DNA from: Gallionella sp.
GTDB lineage: Bacteria; Pseudomonadota; Gammaproteobacteria; Burkholderiales; Gallionellaceae
Length of the DNA: 64,000 nucleotides
Direction of reading: 5' to 3'
Assembly (NCBI GenBank): GCA_028707275.1
Contig: JAQTUP010000002.1
Coordinates: forward strand, 59,198-123,197
Below, in pieces: positions 27,880-35,752 of the stretch; the stretch's first letter is position 1; each line of letters starts with the position of its first letter. Below the pieces are notes generated by a model. It saw only the letters and a program-made list of their open reading frames with translations, ran no database searches and was not told the origin of the DNA. A program made the translations under genes and the position numbers.

Positions 27880-29475
27880 TTAAGGTTTATCGCTCACCGA
27901 GTGAAAATCCAGATCAAAGCGCTGCAAGTATTGTTTGAGTCGATGCGAGTCGTTGGCGCTGGTTTTTTGCATGCGGCTCCGGTTGAACAGGGTGCGCCCG
28001 GCCTCAGCCAGATTCCGGCTGTTTCGGCAAACCTGTATGACTTTTGCAAGCTGTAACTGATCGAACAAGTCGAGTTCGTCCAGAGCCTGTGGCGACAGCA
28101 CTTCGCGCAGTATGTCGGTGGACGCCGCATCACTCTTCGCGAAACTCGACCAGCCTTTTTGCAAGCGCAATATTTCTTCTGCGACAACCTCTTCCGTGAT
28201 GCGACCACCGGTCGCCAGTGTCGCCATACGCGTGATGCTGGAGTTGAGATCGCGAAAGTTGGCGCGCCACAACGCGGCTACAGAATTCGCAAAAGCCAGA
28301 TAGACTGCCCGGGCTGCCTTGTTGAAGCTGACCTTGTGACCGGCCTTGACGGTGAACTGGTGCAACTCGTGCTCAATGTTGGGTTCAAGGTCTTCAAGCC
28401 GATTTTTCAGCGAGGGCAATTCGTATGTCCACAAGTTGATGCGCGCGAGCAAATCTTCGCGAAATCTTCCCTGCAGGACCTGCTCATACAAATCGCGATT
28501 GGTTCCGGCAATCAACTGAAAGCTGCTGCTGACTTCATGATCTGAGCCGAAAGGCATGAAGGATTTCTCTTCTATCGCCCTGAGCAACATCGCCTGTTCG
28601 TCTGTACCCAATTCGCCCACCTCATCCAGGAACAGCAGTCCTCTGTCTGCTTCGCGCAGCAGCCCTGCGCGCGGACTCTGTGCGCCGGTAAAGGCGCCTT
28701 TGACATGGCCGAACAGTGCCGACATTGCGTTGTCGCCGCGCAGCGTGGCGCAGTTGACTTCAACCAGACGGCCGGTCAATTGCCCGCGTTGCTTCTTGAG
28801 TTCATAGATGCGTTTAGCGAGGCGCGATTTGTCGGCGCCAGTAGGTCCGGTCAGCAGAATCGGCGACGATGACTTGATAGACACGCGCTCCAGTTGCGAG
28901 ATCAGACTATTGAAGGCGGCGTTGCGGGTTTCGATGCCGCTTTTGAGATAGGTGATGCCATCCATCGCCTCGCGCTCGAAACGCTGAGCGATTTGATCGT
29001 AGCGCGACAGATCCAGGTCGATGACCTGATAACTGCCCCTCGGGTCATTATCTGCGGGCGAGGTTTGCAGCAGTTTGCCCGGGATGTAGCGCGCCTCGGT
29101 TAACAAATAAAGGCAGATTTGCGCAACATGTGTGCCCGTGGTGATGTGCACGTAATAGGAATTTTGCTCGGGATCGAAGCTATAGCTGCGGGTGAAATCC
29201 AGAAGCTGGCTGTACACCTCTTCAAAATCCCACGGGTTCTGGTAGTTCACAATGTAAGGCGTGATCCGCGTTTGTGGCGAGAGCGCCTGCATGTCGCGCA
29301 CCGTGAGGGCAGCCAGTTCAGCCTCATCCGGGTGGTGGATCAGGACAAATTCCGCGACGGGCAGCTCGGCTTGCATCAGTAACGAAACACTGGGTCGCCA
29401 GCGCTGGGAGCGGCAGCGTCCCAACCCGCCGTGATCCAGCCTCGAACCCAGAATGCCGATAACCACATTATTCAT
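27880..29475 (-). CDS. rtcR: Sigma-54-dependent transcriptional regulator RtcR (N-terminal CARF domain, AAA+ sigma-54 activator, C-terminal HTH)
   Basis: Colinear similarity to E. coli RtcR across the CARF region (NPWDFEEVY...HITTGTHVAQICL...IDLDLSRY), the AAA+ core (ILLTGPTGADKS, the GAFTGA motif) and the C-terminus. Confidence 0.9.
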   Translation of the reverse strand: MNNVVIGILGSRLDHGGLGRCRSQRWRPSVSLLMQAELPVAEFVLIHHPDEAELAALTVRDMQALSPQTRITPYIVNYQNPWDFEEVYSQLLDFTRSYSFDPEQNSYYVHITTGTHVAQICLYLLTEARYIPGKLLQTSPADNDPRGSYQVIDLDLSRYDQIAQRFEREAMDGITYLKSGIETRNAAFNSLISQLERVSIKSSSPILLTGPTGADKSRLAKRIYELKKQRGQLTGRLVEVNCATLRGDNAMSALFGHVKGAFTGAQSPRAGLLREADRGLLFLDEVGELGTDEQAMLLRAIEEKSFMPFGSDHEVSSSFQLIAGTNRDLYEQVLQGRFREDLLARINLWTYELPSLKNRLEDLEPNIEHELHQFTVKAGHKVSFNKAARAVYLAFANSVAALWRANFRDLNSSITRMATLATGGRITEEVVAEEILRLQKGWSSFAKSDAASTDILREVLSPQALDELDLFDQLQLAKVIQVCRNSRNLAEAGRTLFNRSRMQKTSANDSHRLKQYLQRFDLDFHSVSDKP

Positions 29476-29611
29476 ATCGATAGAGCGCTATCCGAAAAGA
29501 TATCTAATTCTACTGCGAAACCATGCCAGACATATACCACGAAAATTATCATCCAGAAAATAACCATAATTATCAATTAGATGTAAAATTTATGGATTGC
29601 ATCAGCTTTGC

Positions 29612-29627
29612 TGGCACAGCGATTGCA
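29612..29627 (+). promoter_or_regulatory. Sigma-54 (RpoN) -24/-12 promoter for rtcB
   Basis: TGGCAC-N5-TTGCA matches the consensus exactly, about 55 nt upstream of the rtcB ATG and divergent from rtcR. Confidence 0.7.
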
Positions 29628-29682
29628 ATGTAACCGGTACGCAGCAGAGATACCGAATAACAAAAATACCAGAGGTTGAACA

Positions 29683-30909
29683 ATGAATACACCATACGAA
29701 GTTATACACGATGCAGGGTCGCACCTTATCAAATCCTGGACGCGCGGCGTTCCGTTCGACGACAACTCCAGGCAGCAATTGCGCAATATCGCGCGGATGC
29801 CGTTTATTCACAAATGGGTAGCTGCGATGCCGGACGTACATTTGGGTAAAGGCGCCACGATAGGCAGCGTGATCCCGACCCTGGGTGCGGTAATCCCGGC
29901 AGCGGTAGGCGTGGATTTGGGATGCGGGATGATGGCGGTAAAAACCTCGTTGACGGCAGCGCAATTGCCGGATTCGCTGGGTGCGATGCGTAGCCAGATC
30001 GAGAAACGTGTGCCGCACGGGCGCTCGGCAGATTTGCGCGGTGGGCGCGATACCGGAAGCTGGGGGCGCGCGCCGGACGAAGTAATGACGGCGTGGGAGC
30101 CGCTGCGCGCAGGGTTTGAACGCCTGTGCGAAAAGCACCCGTTCCTGAAGAACACCAACAACCTCTGCCACCTTGGAACTTTGGGTACGGGCAACCATTT
30201 TGTGGAAATTTGCCTGGACGAATCCGATGCGGTTTGGGTGATGTTGCACAGCGGTTCGCGCGGCGTGGGGAATCGCATCGGCACACACTTTATCGAGGCC
30301 GCAAAGAAGGACATGGAGCGCTGGTTTATCAGCCTGCCGGACAAGGATTTGGCATATATCCCGGAGGGTAGCGAAAACTTCAGTGCTTATATCAGGGCTG
30401 TTTCCTGGGCGCAGGATTTTGCCCGCGTGAACCGCGAGCTGATGATGGCGAATACCTTGAGCGCGATGCGCGAAGTGATGAAAGTAAATTTTATCGTCGA
30501 CGTGGAGGCCGTGAATTGCCACCACAACTACATCAGCCAGGAGCACCATTATGGCAAAGACGTCTGGGTCACGCGCAAGGGCGCGGTGAGCGCGCGTCTG
30601 GGCGAGATGGGCATCATCCCGGGAAGCATGGGGGCGAAATCCTTCATCGTGCGCGGGCTGGGCAACGAGGAAAGTTTTTGTAGTTGCAGCCACGGTGCCG
30701 GCCGCGTGATGTCGCGTACCGAAGCCAAGCGTCGTGTGACGCTAGCCGAACATATCAAAGCCACGGAAGGCGTGGAATGCCGCAAAGATGCTGACGTAAT
30801 TGATGAAACGCCATCCGCTTACAAACCCATCGATCAGGTGATGGCGGCGCAAGCGGATCTGGTAGAAATCGTGCATACCTTGAAGCAGGTGGTCTGCGTC
30901 AAGGGATGA
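29683..30909 (+). CDS. rtcB: RNA-splicing ligase RtcB (3'-phosphate/5'-OH RNA ligase)
   Basis: A 408-aa protein with the conserved RtcB metal and GTP-binding histidines and the Cys-containing N-terminal motif. It is the canonical divergent partner of rtcR. Confidence 0.95.
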   Translation: MNTPYEVIHDAGSHLIKSWTRGVPFDDNSRQQLRNIARMPFIHKWVAAMPDVHLGKGATIGSVIPTLGAVIPAAVGVDLGCGMMAVKTSLTAAQLPDSLGAMRSQIEKRVPHGRSADLRGGRDTGSWGRAPDEVMTAWEPLRAGFERLCEKHPFLKNTNNLCHLGTLGTGNHFVEICLDESDAVWVMLHSGSRGVGNRIGTHFIEAAKKDMERWFISLPDKDLAYIPEGSENFSAYIRAVSWAQDFARVNRELMMANTLSAMREVMKVNFIVDVEAVNCHHNYISQEHHYGKDVWVTRKGAVSARLGEMGIIPGSMGAKSFIVRGLGNEESFCSCSHGAGRVMSRTEAKRRVTLAEHIKATEGVECRKDADVIDETPSAYKPIDQVMAAQADLVEIVHTLKQVVCVKG

Positions 30910-31015
30910 CAAGAGTTTGGTGCAAGGCTATGGCCTGCGGTGCAGATTCAACAGTCTGCCTGACGCCGCCGCCTCTGGCGACCTGCGTATCGGTGATAGC
31001 CCGACACTAAATAAT

Positions 31016-31088
31016 GCCGCCATAGCTCAGTCTGGTAGAGCACCGGGTAAAACCGGGCGTCGCGGGTTCGAATCCCGCTGGCGGCGCC
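31016..31088 (+). ncRNA. tRNA-like element with canonical acceptor, D and T arms but a shortened anticodon arm (4-bp stem, 6-nt loop GUAAAA); tRNA mimic or tRNA pseudogene
   Basis: GCCGCCA/TGGCGGC acceptor, GCTC-AGTCTGGTA-GAGC D-arm, GCGGG-TTCGAAT-CCCGC T-arm. The anticodon arm is 14 nt (CCGG-GTAAAA-CCGG) rather than 17. There is no encoded CCA. It abuts the next element with no spacer. Confidence 0.45.
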
Positions 31089-31162
31089 TTCGCTATAGCT
31101 CAGCCGGGTAGAGCGCTGAACTCATACTTCAGTTGTCGCCGGTTCGATTCCGGCTAGTGAAA
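31089..31162 (+). tRNA. tRNA-Met/Ile2-like (anticodon CAU) with an unusual U1-A72 first pair and a G4-U69 wobble
   Basis: A full cloverleaf: acceptor TTCGCTA/TAGTGAA, D-arm GCTC-AGCCGGGTA-GAGC, anticodon arm CTGAA-CTCATAC-TTCAG (CAU, A37), T-arm GCCGG-TTCGATT-CCGGC. Confidence 0.5.
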
Positions 31163-31414
31163 CTACCCTGTCACGGTAGTTGTAGAAAAGCATGACACCG
31201 GCAAGTCTCCCGGTGAAAGGTGTAATAAAACCGGGGCGTAACAGCAACACCCAAACCTCGATTTCTGCACACCCGACATCAGCCCGGAGGTTGCCTTGTA
31301 GCAAGGTTAGACGTGCGCGCGATTGGCTTCAGGCAGCTTGCCCGCACGCCACGACGTTATAAGCCGACAAACGGGCGGAGGCTTGCCACTTTAATTATGC
31401 AGAAGGGACGCATC

Positions 31415-32587
31415 ATGAAGTTGTTTGACATCGAATACAAAGAAATCATCATTTCCGAATCGCAACGCGGGTTGCTGTTCAAGGACAAGCAGTTCGCCAG
31501 GGTATTGATGCCCGGCGTACACAAGATGCTCGATTACATGAACCGCTACCAGGTGCAGGTGTTCGAGGTACTGAAAACTTTGCAGGAGGGCGTATCCAAA
31601 GAGGTCATTTACCTGGCAGAGCTGCACACCGGGGCTTTTGCAGCGCACTTGCAGGCATGGGAAACCGCCGAGAACGAAATCGGGCTGGTGTACCAGAACA
31701 ACGTACTCAAAGACATCAAGGCACCTGCGCTGCGCGGCGCATACTGGAAAACGCAGCATGAAATCCGTGTCGAAAAAATCGACATCGGCGAGGATTTTGC
31801 CGTCGACAAAAAACTGGCGGCCTTGCTATCCAATTGCAAGGATGATCTGCTGAAACTGGCCGCAGCCAATGCTATCGCGAGTGCCACCGTACCCGAGCGC
31901 CATGTCGGTTTTATGGAGGTGGACGGTGTAGCGGTTGCAACGCTGGCTACAGGAGCGCATGTTTGGTGGAAGTTCAACCGCAAAATCGCGGTGACACTGC
32001 TGGATTGCCGTTTGCAGAACATGGAAGTCAACGGGCAGGAAATCCTGACCAGAGATCGCGTGAGCCTGCGTGTCAATTTGTCCGCTACCTGGCAGATCAA
32101 GCAGGCCGAGGTGGTAAAGGCCGAGTTGGCCGATGCCCGGGACTTTTTGTACCGCGAACTACAGCTGGCTTTGCGCGCTGTTGTCAGTACGCAGACGCTG
32201 GATGAACTTCTGGTCGACAAAAACTCGTTGAACCAGCAAGTGCAGGCCATCGTAGCGAACAAAGCGGCAGAATATGGGATCGAGGTCAAATCCGTCGGTG
32301 CGCGCGACATCGTGTTGCCCGGAGAAATGAAAGCCATCCTGACGCAGGTCGTCGAGGCGCAAAAAGTGGCCGAAGCCAACCTGATCAGGCGTCACGAAGA
32401 AACCCAGGCCACGCGCTCGCTGCACAACACGGCCAAGGTGATGGAGGGCAACCCCGTATTGCTGCGTTTGAAGGAGCTTGAGATTCTGGAGAAGATTTCA
32501 GGTCGCATCAGCACGCTGAATGTTTATGGCGGACTGGACGGTGTCATGAACGATATGGTCAGATTGACTGACCGTAGCGCAAAGTAG
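31415..32587 (+). CDS. Soluble SPFH/band-7 domain protein with a ~180-aa inserted domain
   Basis: An SPFH N-terminal strand (IISESQRGLLFKDKQFARVLMPGVHKM) and a C-terminal SPFH core plus coiled coil (DRVSLRVNLSATWQI ... IVLPGEMKAILTQVVEAQKVAEANLIRRHEE) are present. No TM segment. The longer annotated ORF start at 31313 is unlikely. Confidence 0.7.
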   Translation: MKLFDIEYKEIIISESQRGLLFKDKQFARVLMPGVHKMLDYMNRYQVQVFEVLKTLQEGVSKEVIYLAELHTGAFAAHLQAWETAENEIGLVYQNNVLKDIKAPALRGAYWKTQHEIRVEKIDIGEDFAVDKKLAALLSNCKDDLLKLAAANAIASATVPERHVGFMEVDGVAVATLATGAHVWWKFNRKIAVTLLDCRLQNMEVNGQEILTRDRVSLRVNLSATWQIKQAEVVKAELADARDFLYRELQLALRAVVSTQTLDELLVDKNSLNQQVQAIVANKAAEYGIEVKSVGARDIVLPGEMKAILTQVVEAQKVAEANLIRRHEETQATRSLHNTAKVMEGNPVLLRLKELEILEKISGRISTLNVYGGLDGVMNDMVRLTDRSAK

Positions 32588-32753
32588 CGCCCGGTGTCAG
32601 ACTGGTCGCCCCGAAAGTCTGAATTAAAATTCAAGCAACGATGACATAGCCTTTGGGTTTGAAATCCGGGCACCGGATGAGCCGCGCAAGGGGAGCGCAG
32701 CAGGGAATACCGGCGATAAAAAAGGAGCCAGGCGATTGACCTGACTCCTTGTT

Positions 32754-32798
32754 TGGCAGGAACGAGCAGACTCGAACTGCGGACCCCTTGGATGTCGA
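32754..32798. repeat. 45-nt direct repeat of the tRNA-Val 3' end (distal attachment-site-like boundary of a genomic island)
   Basis: The sequence tggcaggaacgagcagactcgaactgcggaccccttggatgtcga matches 37937-37981, the 3' part of the intact tRNA-Val, at 43 of 45 positions. Confidence 0.7.
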
Positions 32799-32938
32799 AA
32801 TAGCATTCAGCCTGTAACACATTGATTTAATTTATAATGCGCCATGGTCTTCCGTTACAACCATGCACTACAACGCACAACGATGCATAACCAAAACCGT
32901 CAAAAGTCCGGCAGACTAACATAACTCATTCACAGCAC

Positions 32939-33469
32939 TCATTCCCATTCAGTCTTAGCCCGTGCAATCACTTCACTGAGCAGACTGGGACGGATGTGCA
33001 AAGTTGTTTGTTGCGGGATGGCAGCTAAAAGCGCTAAAATTTCAAAGGAAGTACGTAGCTTTTGGCGAACCGCACGGAGCAACAGCCCCAAAGTGCCATG
33101 CGCACTGATATTCAAACTTTTAGCAGCTAATCGTGCAGCAGTATCATCGGTGAGCAACATTCCGACTGAGTGATCCAAACATAGCGTCAGCGCTTCCCGC
33201 TCGCCGTTATGCAAAGTATAAATCGCCGCCATGGCATTAATTCTGGCTGAAGGTGTCGGCGGTAACTGACGAATCAAATTGACGTTTGCATGTTGCAATG
33301 CCTGCGGGCGATGATGCTGTACCTCAAGCCAAACCGCATTGGGTACAAATACAGCTGCGTAATCACTCAACACGTCCAAGGCATTCAACTCATCCAAATG
33401 TATCAATGGACCAGCATCAGCAACAACCACAGAGTGCCTAGTTACTGCCATGCAATCCCCACTCAACAT
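32939..33469 (-). CDS. PIN-like toxin (DUF3368 family) of a type II toxin-antitoxin pair
   Basis: PIN-like acidic residues (VVADAGPLIHLDEL...LLTDD). It overlaps the upstream small antitoxin gene, the typical UPF0175/DUF3368 pairing. Confidence 0.6.
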   Translation of the reverse strand: MLSGDCMAVTRHSVVVADAGPLIHLDELNALDVLSDYAAVFVPNAVWLEVQHHRPQALQHANVNLIRQLPPTPSARINAMAAIYTLHNGEREALTLCLDHSVGMLLTDDTAARLAAKSLNISAHGTLGLLLRAVRQKLRTSFEILALLAAIPQQTTLHIRPSLLSEVIARAKTEWE

Positions 33470-33635
33470 CTTCCTGAATAAAAGACTCAGTTAGTACATC
33501 TTGATGCGATTCCAAATAGCGGCGAAGTGACTCATTGACCACTTCTTCCATGTTACTTGCCCAACCTTGTCTCACTAGGGTTTGCGCCTGCTGCCAAAGT
33601 TGATCGGGTATTTCAGCGTGAATAGCGCTACTCAT
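33438..33635 (-). CDS. UPF0175-family antitoxin
   Basis: A 65-aa protein (IPDQLWQQAQTLVRQG...EEVVNESLRRYLESH) lying immediately upstream of the PIN toxin and overlapping it. Confidence 0.55.
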   Translation of the reverse strand: MSSAIHAEIPDQLWQQAQTLVRQGWASNMEEVVNESLRRYLESHQDVLTESFIQEDVEWGLHGSN

Positions 33636-33767
33636 GACTAGCCTCCTAATTAACTCTACAAATACACACTGTGACTATATCGTTAATCCACACTTTGCGC
33701 AGTAGATTGTCGATTATTAAAATAAGATCACCGTGGCGGTAACTTTCTACGGCCTTTTTTGAGAAAC

Positions 33768-34322
33768 TTAAACCCCCTCAGGAAGAGGTTTAAACCTATC
33801 TCCTTCTTGCGGCCAGCGCTTTGCTCGGCTTTGGAATGCCCGTAGTTCATCAATATCCAAAGTGGCGGCAATAACGAAATCATTATCCCCACCCCGCACA
33901 CGTGCAATATCTCGCATAAATGGCTCTTTAGCTGGCGATCTGACGCGACTATCGCCGTACTTCCGATTATTTACCAGAATGGTATATGCATGCACATCGA
34001 GTGCGGCAGATTCAATCAGGGCGGAAAAAGTATCTAAATCCTGATTCCAGCTTAACACCATCAAAGCGTCAACTTTACCTTGGAACTTCACTCGCTCTTT
34101 ACTGTTCTGCAACTCAGAACAAGCCATGACACCAAAGTATGCATCATTGTGAATATATACAGGCTTAGTGCGCTTGTATTTTATCTTTGAAAAGGCCCAA
34201 GTCTTACCAAATCTAGAGGTGAGCTGTTTATCCTCACCGACAGCAGGTTCCAGTTTTGGCTGCCAAATCTTTACAGTAGAGGGAAAACCAAGCCGGTTGT
34301 CTAATGTGGACCCTGTAGTCAA
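33768..34322 (-). CDS. Hypothetical protein (184 aa) on the island, with an IS3 insertion 14 bp upstream of its start
   Basis: An ORF with no recognisable family. GC is about 45%. The annotated start may not be the original one, because IS3 abuts it. Confidence 0.45.
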   Translation of the reverse strand: MTTGSTLDNRLGFPSTVKIWQPKLEPAVGEDKQLTSRFGKTWAFSKIKYKRTKPVYIHNDAYFGVMACSELQNSKERVKFQGKVDALMVLSWNQDLDTFSALIESAALDVHAYTILVNNRKYGDSRVRSPAKEPFMRDIARVRGGDNDFVIAATLDIDELRAFQSRAKRWPQEGDRFKPLPEGV

Positions 34323-34340
34323 GACAGTTATGTGCTGAGT

Positions 34341-35363
34341 TTAAGCTATGTACTCGACTTCACTTACAGCTGGACGGCGCTGCCCCGGTTTTGCCTTTGC
34401 TTTTTCTTCTGCTTTTACCTTGCTTATTGGTGCTTTCCCCGTCTCTGATTCAGATTCTGTTTCTGATTTTTCTTTTTTTCCGGCGCGAGGATATTTGTCC
34501 AGAATCATTGCGCCTCCGCCGATTGCGGTTCGATACACGACGTCAGGCGTCACGTTTTTCAACGACTGGTGCGGACGTCTGACGTTGTAAAAGTCAAAGT
34601 ACTCCGTCAGCCCGATCATCAGTTCGACCATCGTGGAATAGCCCTTCAGATAGACATCCTCATGCTTGACGCTGCGCCAGAGCCGCTCAACGCAGAGCCG
34701 CTCAACGAAGATGTTGTCGAAGGCTCGCCCCTGGCCATCCATGCTAATGACGATCCCCTCCCTTTGCAAAACACCTGTAAAGGCCTCGCTGGTGAACTGC
34801 GAGCCCTGGTCGCTGTTGAAGATCTCCGGCTTGCCATGGGCGCGAATAGCCTCTTCAAGGCAATCGACGCAAAACGTCGCATCCATGCTGTTGCTGATTC
34901 GCCAGCCGAGCACGCGCCGAGAGTACCAGTCGATAATCGCCACCAGGTACACGAAGCCTCGCGGCAACCGGAGATAGGTGATATCCGTACTCCAGACCTG
35001 GTTCGGCCTGACCACCGCAACCCCGCGCAGCAGATAGGGATAGACCTTGTGCTCAGGGTGCGCGCGACTGGTGTTCGGCCCCGGCGCAATAGCCGCCAAA
35101 CCCATTGCCTGCATCAAGCGTTGTACCCGTTTTCGATTGACGATGTGTCCTGCGGTCTTGAGAAAAATCACCATCTTGCGGCTGCCGTAAAACGGATGGA
35201 GGGTATATTCTTCGTCAATCAGGCGGCTGTGCAACAGGTCAAGCTCGTCCAGCGGCTTCGGCTTTTGATGCGCATAGATGGTGGCTCGCGATACCGCCGA
35301 CAGCCGACATTGCTGCGCTACGCTCATCGTGTCCGCATGCGTAACCCATGCTTGCCGCATCAT
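34341..35363 (-). CDS. IS3-family transposase OrfB (DDE integrase core)
   Basis: The rve domain is present (WSTDITYL...DWYSRRVLGW...HGKPEIFNSDQGSQFTS). Confidence 0.85.
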   Translation of the reverse strand: MMRQAWVTHADTMSVAQQCRLSAVSRATIYAHQKPKPLDELDLLHSRLIDEEYTLHPFYGSRKMVIFLKTAGHIVNRKRVQRLMQAMGLAAIAPGPNTSRAHPEHKVYPYLLRGVAVVRPNQVWSTDITYLRLPRGFVYLVAIIDWYSRRVLGWRISNSMDATFCVDCLEEAIRAHGKPEIFNSDQGSQFTSEAFTGVLQREGIVISMDGQGRAFDNIFVERLCVERLWRSVKHEDVYLKGYSTMVELMIGLTEYFDFYNVRRPHQSLKNVTPDVVYRTAIGGGAMILDKYPRAGKKEKSETESESETGKAPISKVKAEEKAKAKPGQRRPAVSEVEYIA

Positions 35364-35659
35364 GACAGGCTGATCCCAGACTTTTTTTTGAGCCAGTCCA
35401 GTTCCACCTTCAGTTTGCCAATCTCGCTGTACAGCAATTCTGGTTCCTTATACGCGGCCACCGGTTTGGGGCCGCGCTTGCCTTCAAACAGCGTCTTGGC
35501 CTGATCCTGGATCTCCTTCTTCCACAAACCTACTTGCGCCGGATGAACGCCGTACTCCAGACCAATCTGATTGACCGTCTTCGTTCCTCGAATTGCTTCA
35601 AGACCCACCTTCGCCTTAAGTTCCGGCGTGTGGAACTGCCGCTGCTTTGATTCGCTCAT
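35360..35659 (-). CDS. IS3-family transposase OrfA (HTH)
   Basis: A 99-aa protein with an HTH and a leucine-zipper tail (KLKVELDWLKKK). Its end is at the frameshift site. Confidence 0.8.
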   Translation of the reverse strand: MSESKQRQFHTPELKAKVGLEAIRGTKTVNQIGLEYGVHPAQVGLWKKEIQDQAKTLFEGKRGPKPVAAYKEPELLYSEIGKLKVELDWLKKKSGISLS

Positions 35660-35752
35660 TTTGCTTATTCCCTATGAACAGCGCACAGCTTAAACCATTG
35701 TCTTAAAAACTGGGGCCACTATAGGCTCATGCGATCCCCAAGGTCAGCAACA

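Larger units (their letters stand above)
34336..35697 (-). mobile_element. IS3-family insertion sequence (orfA/orfB with an A6G -1 frameshift site)
   Basis: Imperfect terminal inverted repeats (TGAGTTTAAGCT... / ...AGCTTAAACCA). orfA (HTH) and orfB (DDE rve integrase core) overlap. The slippery A AAA AAG sequence lies in the orfA 3' region. Confidence 0.8.

Noticed and set aside
29602-30693. 363-aa ORF antisense to rtcB
   Set aside because: rtcB on the + strand is unambiguous. The antisense ORF has no motifs.
31122-31304. 60-aa minus-strand ORF overlapping the second tRNA-like element
   Set aside because: It overlaps structured RNA sequence and has no RBS or domain. Treated as non-coding.
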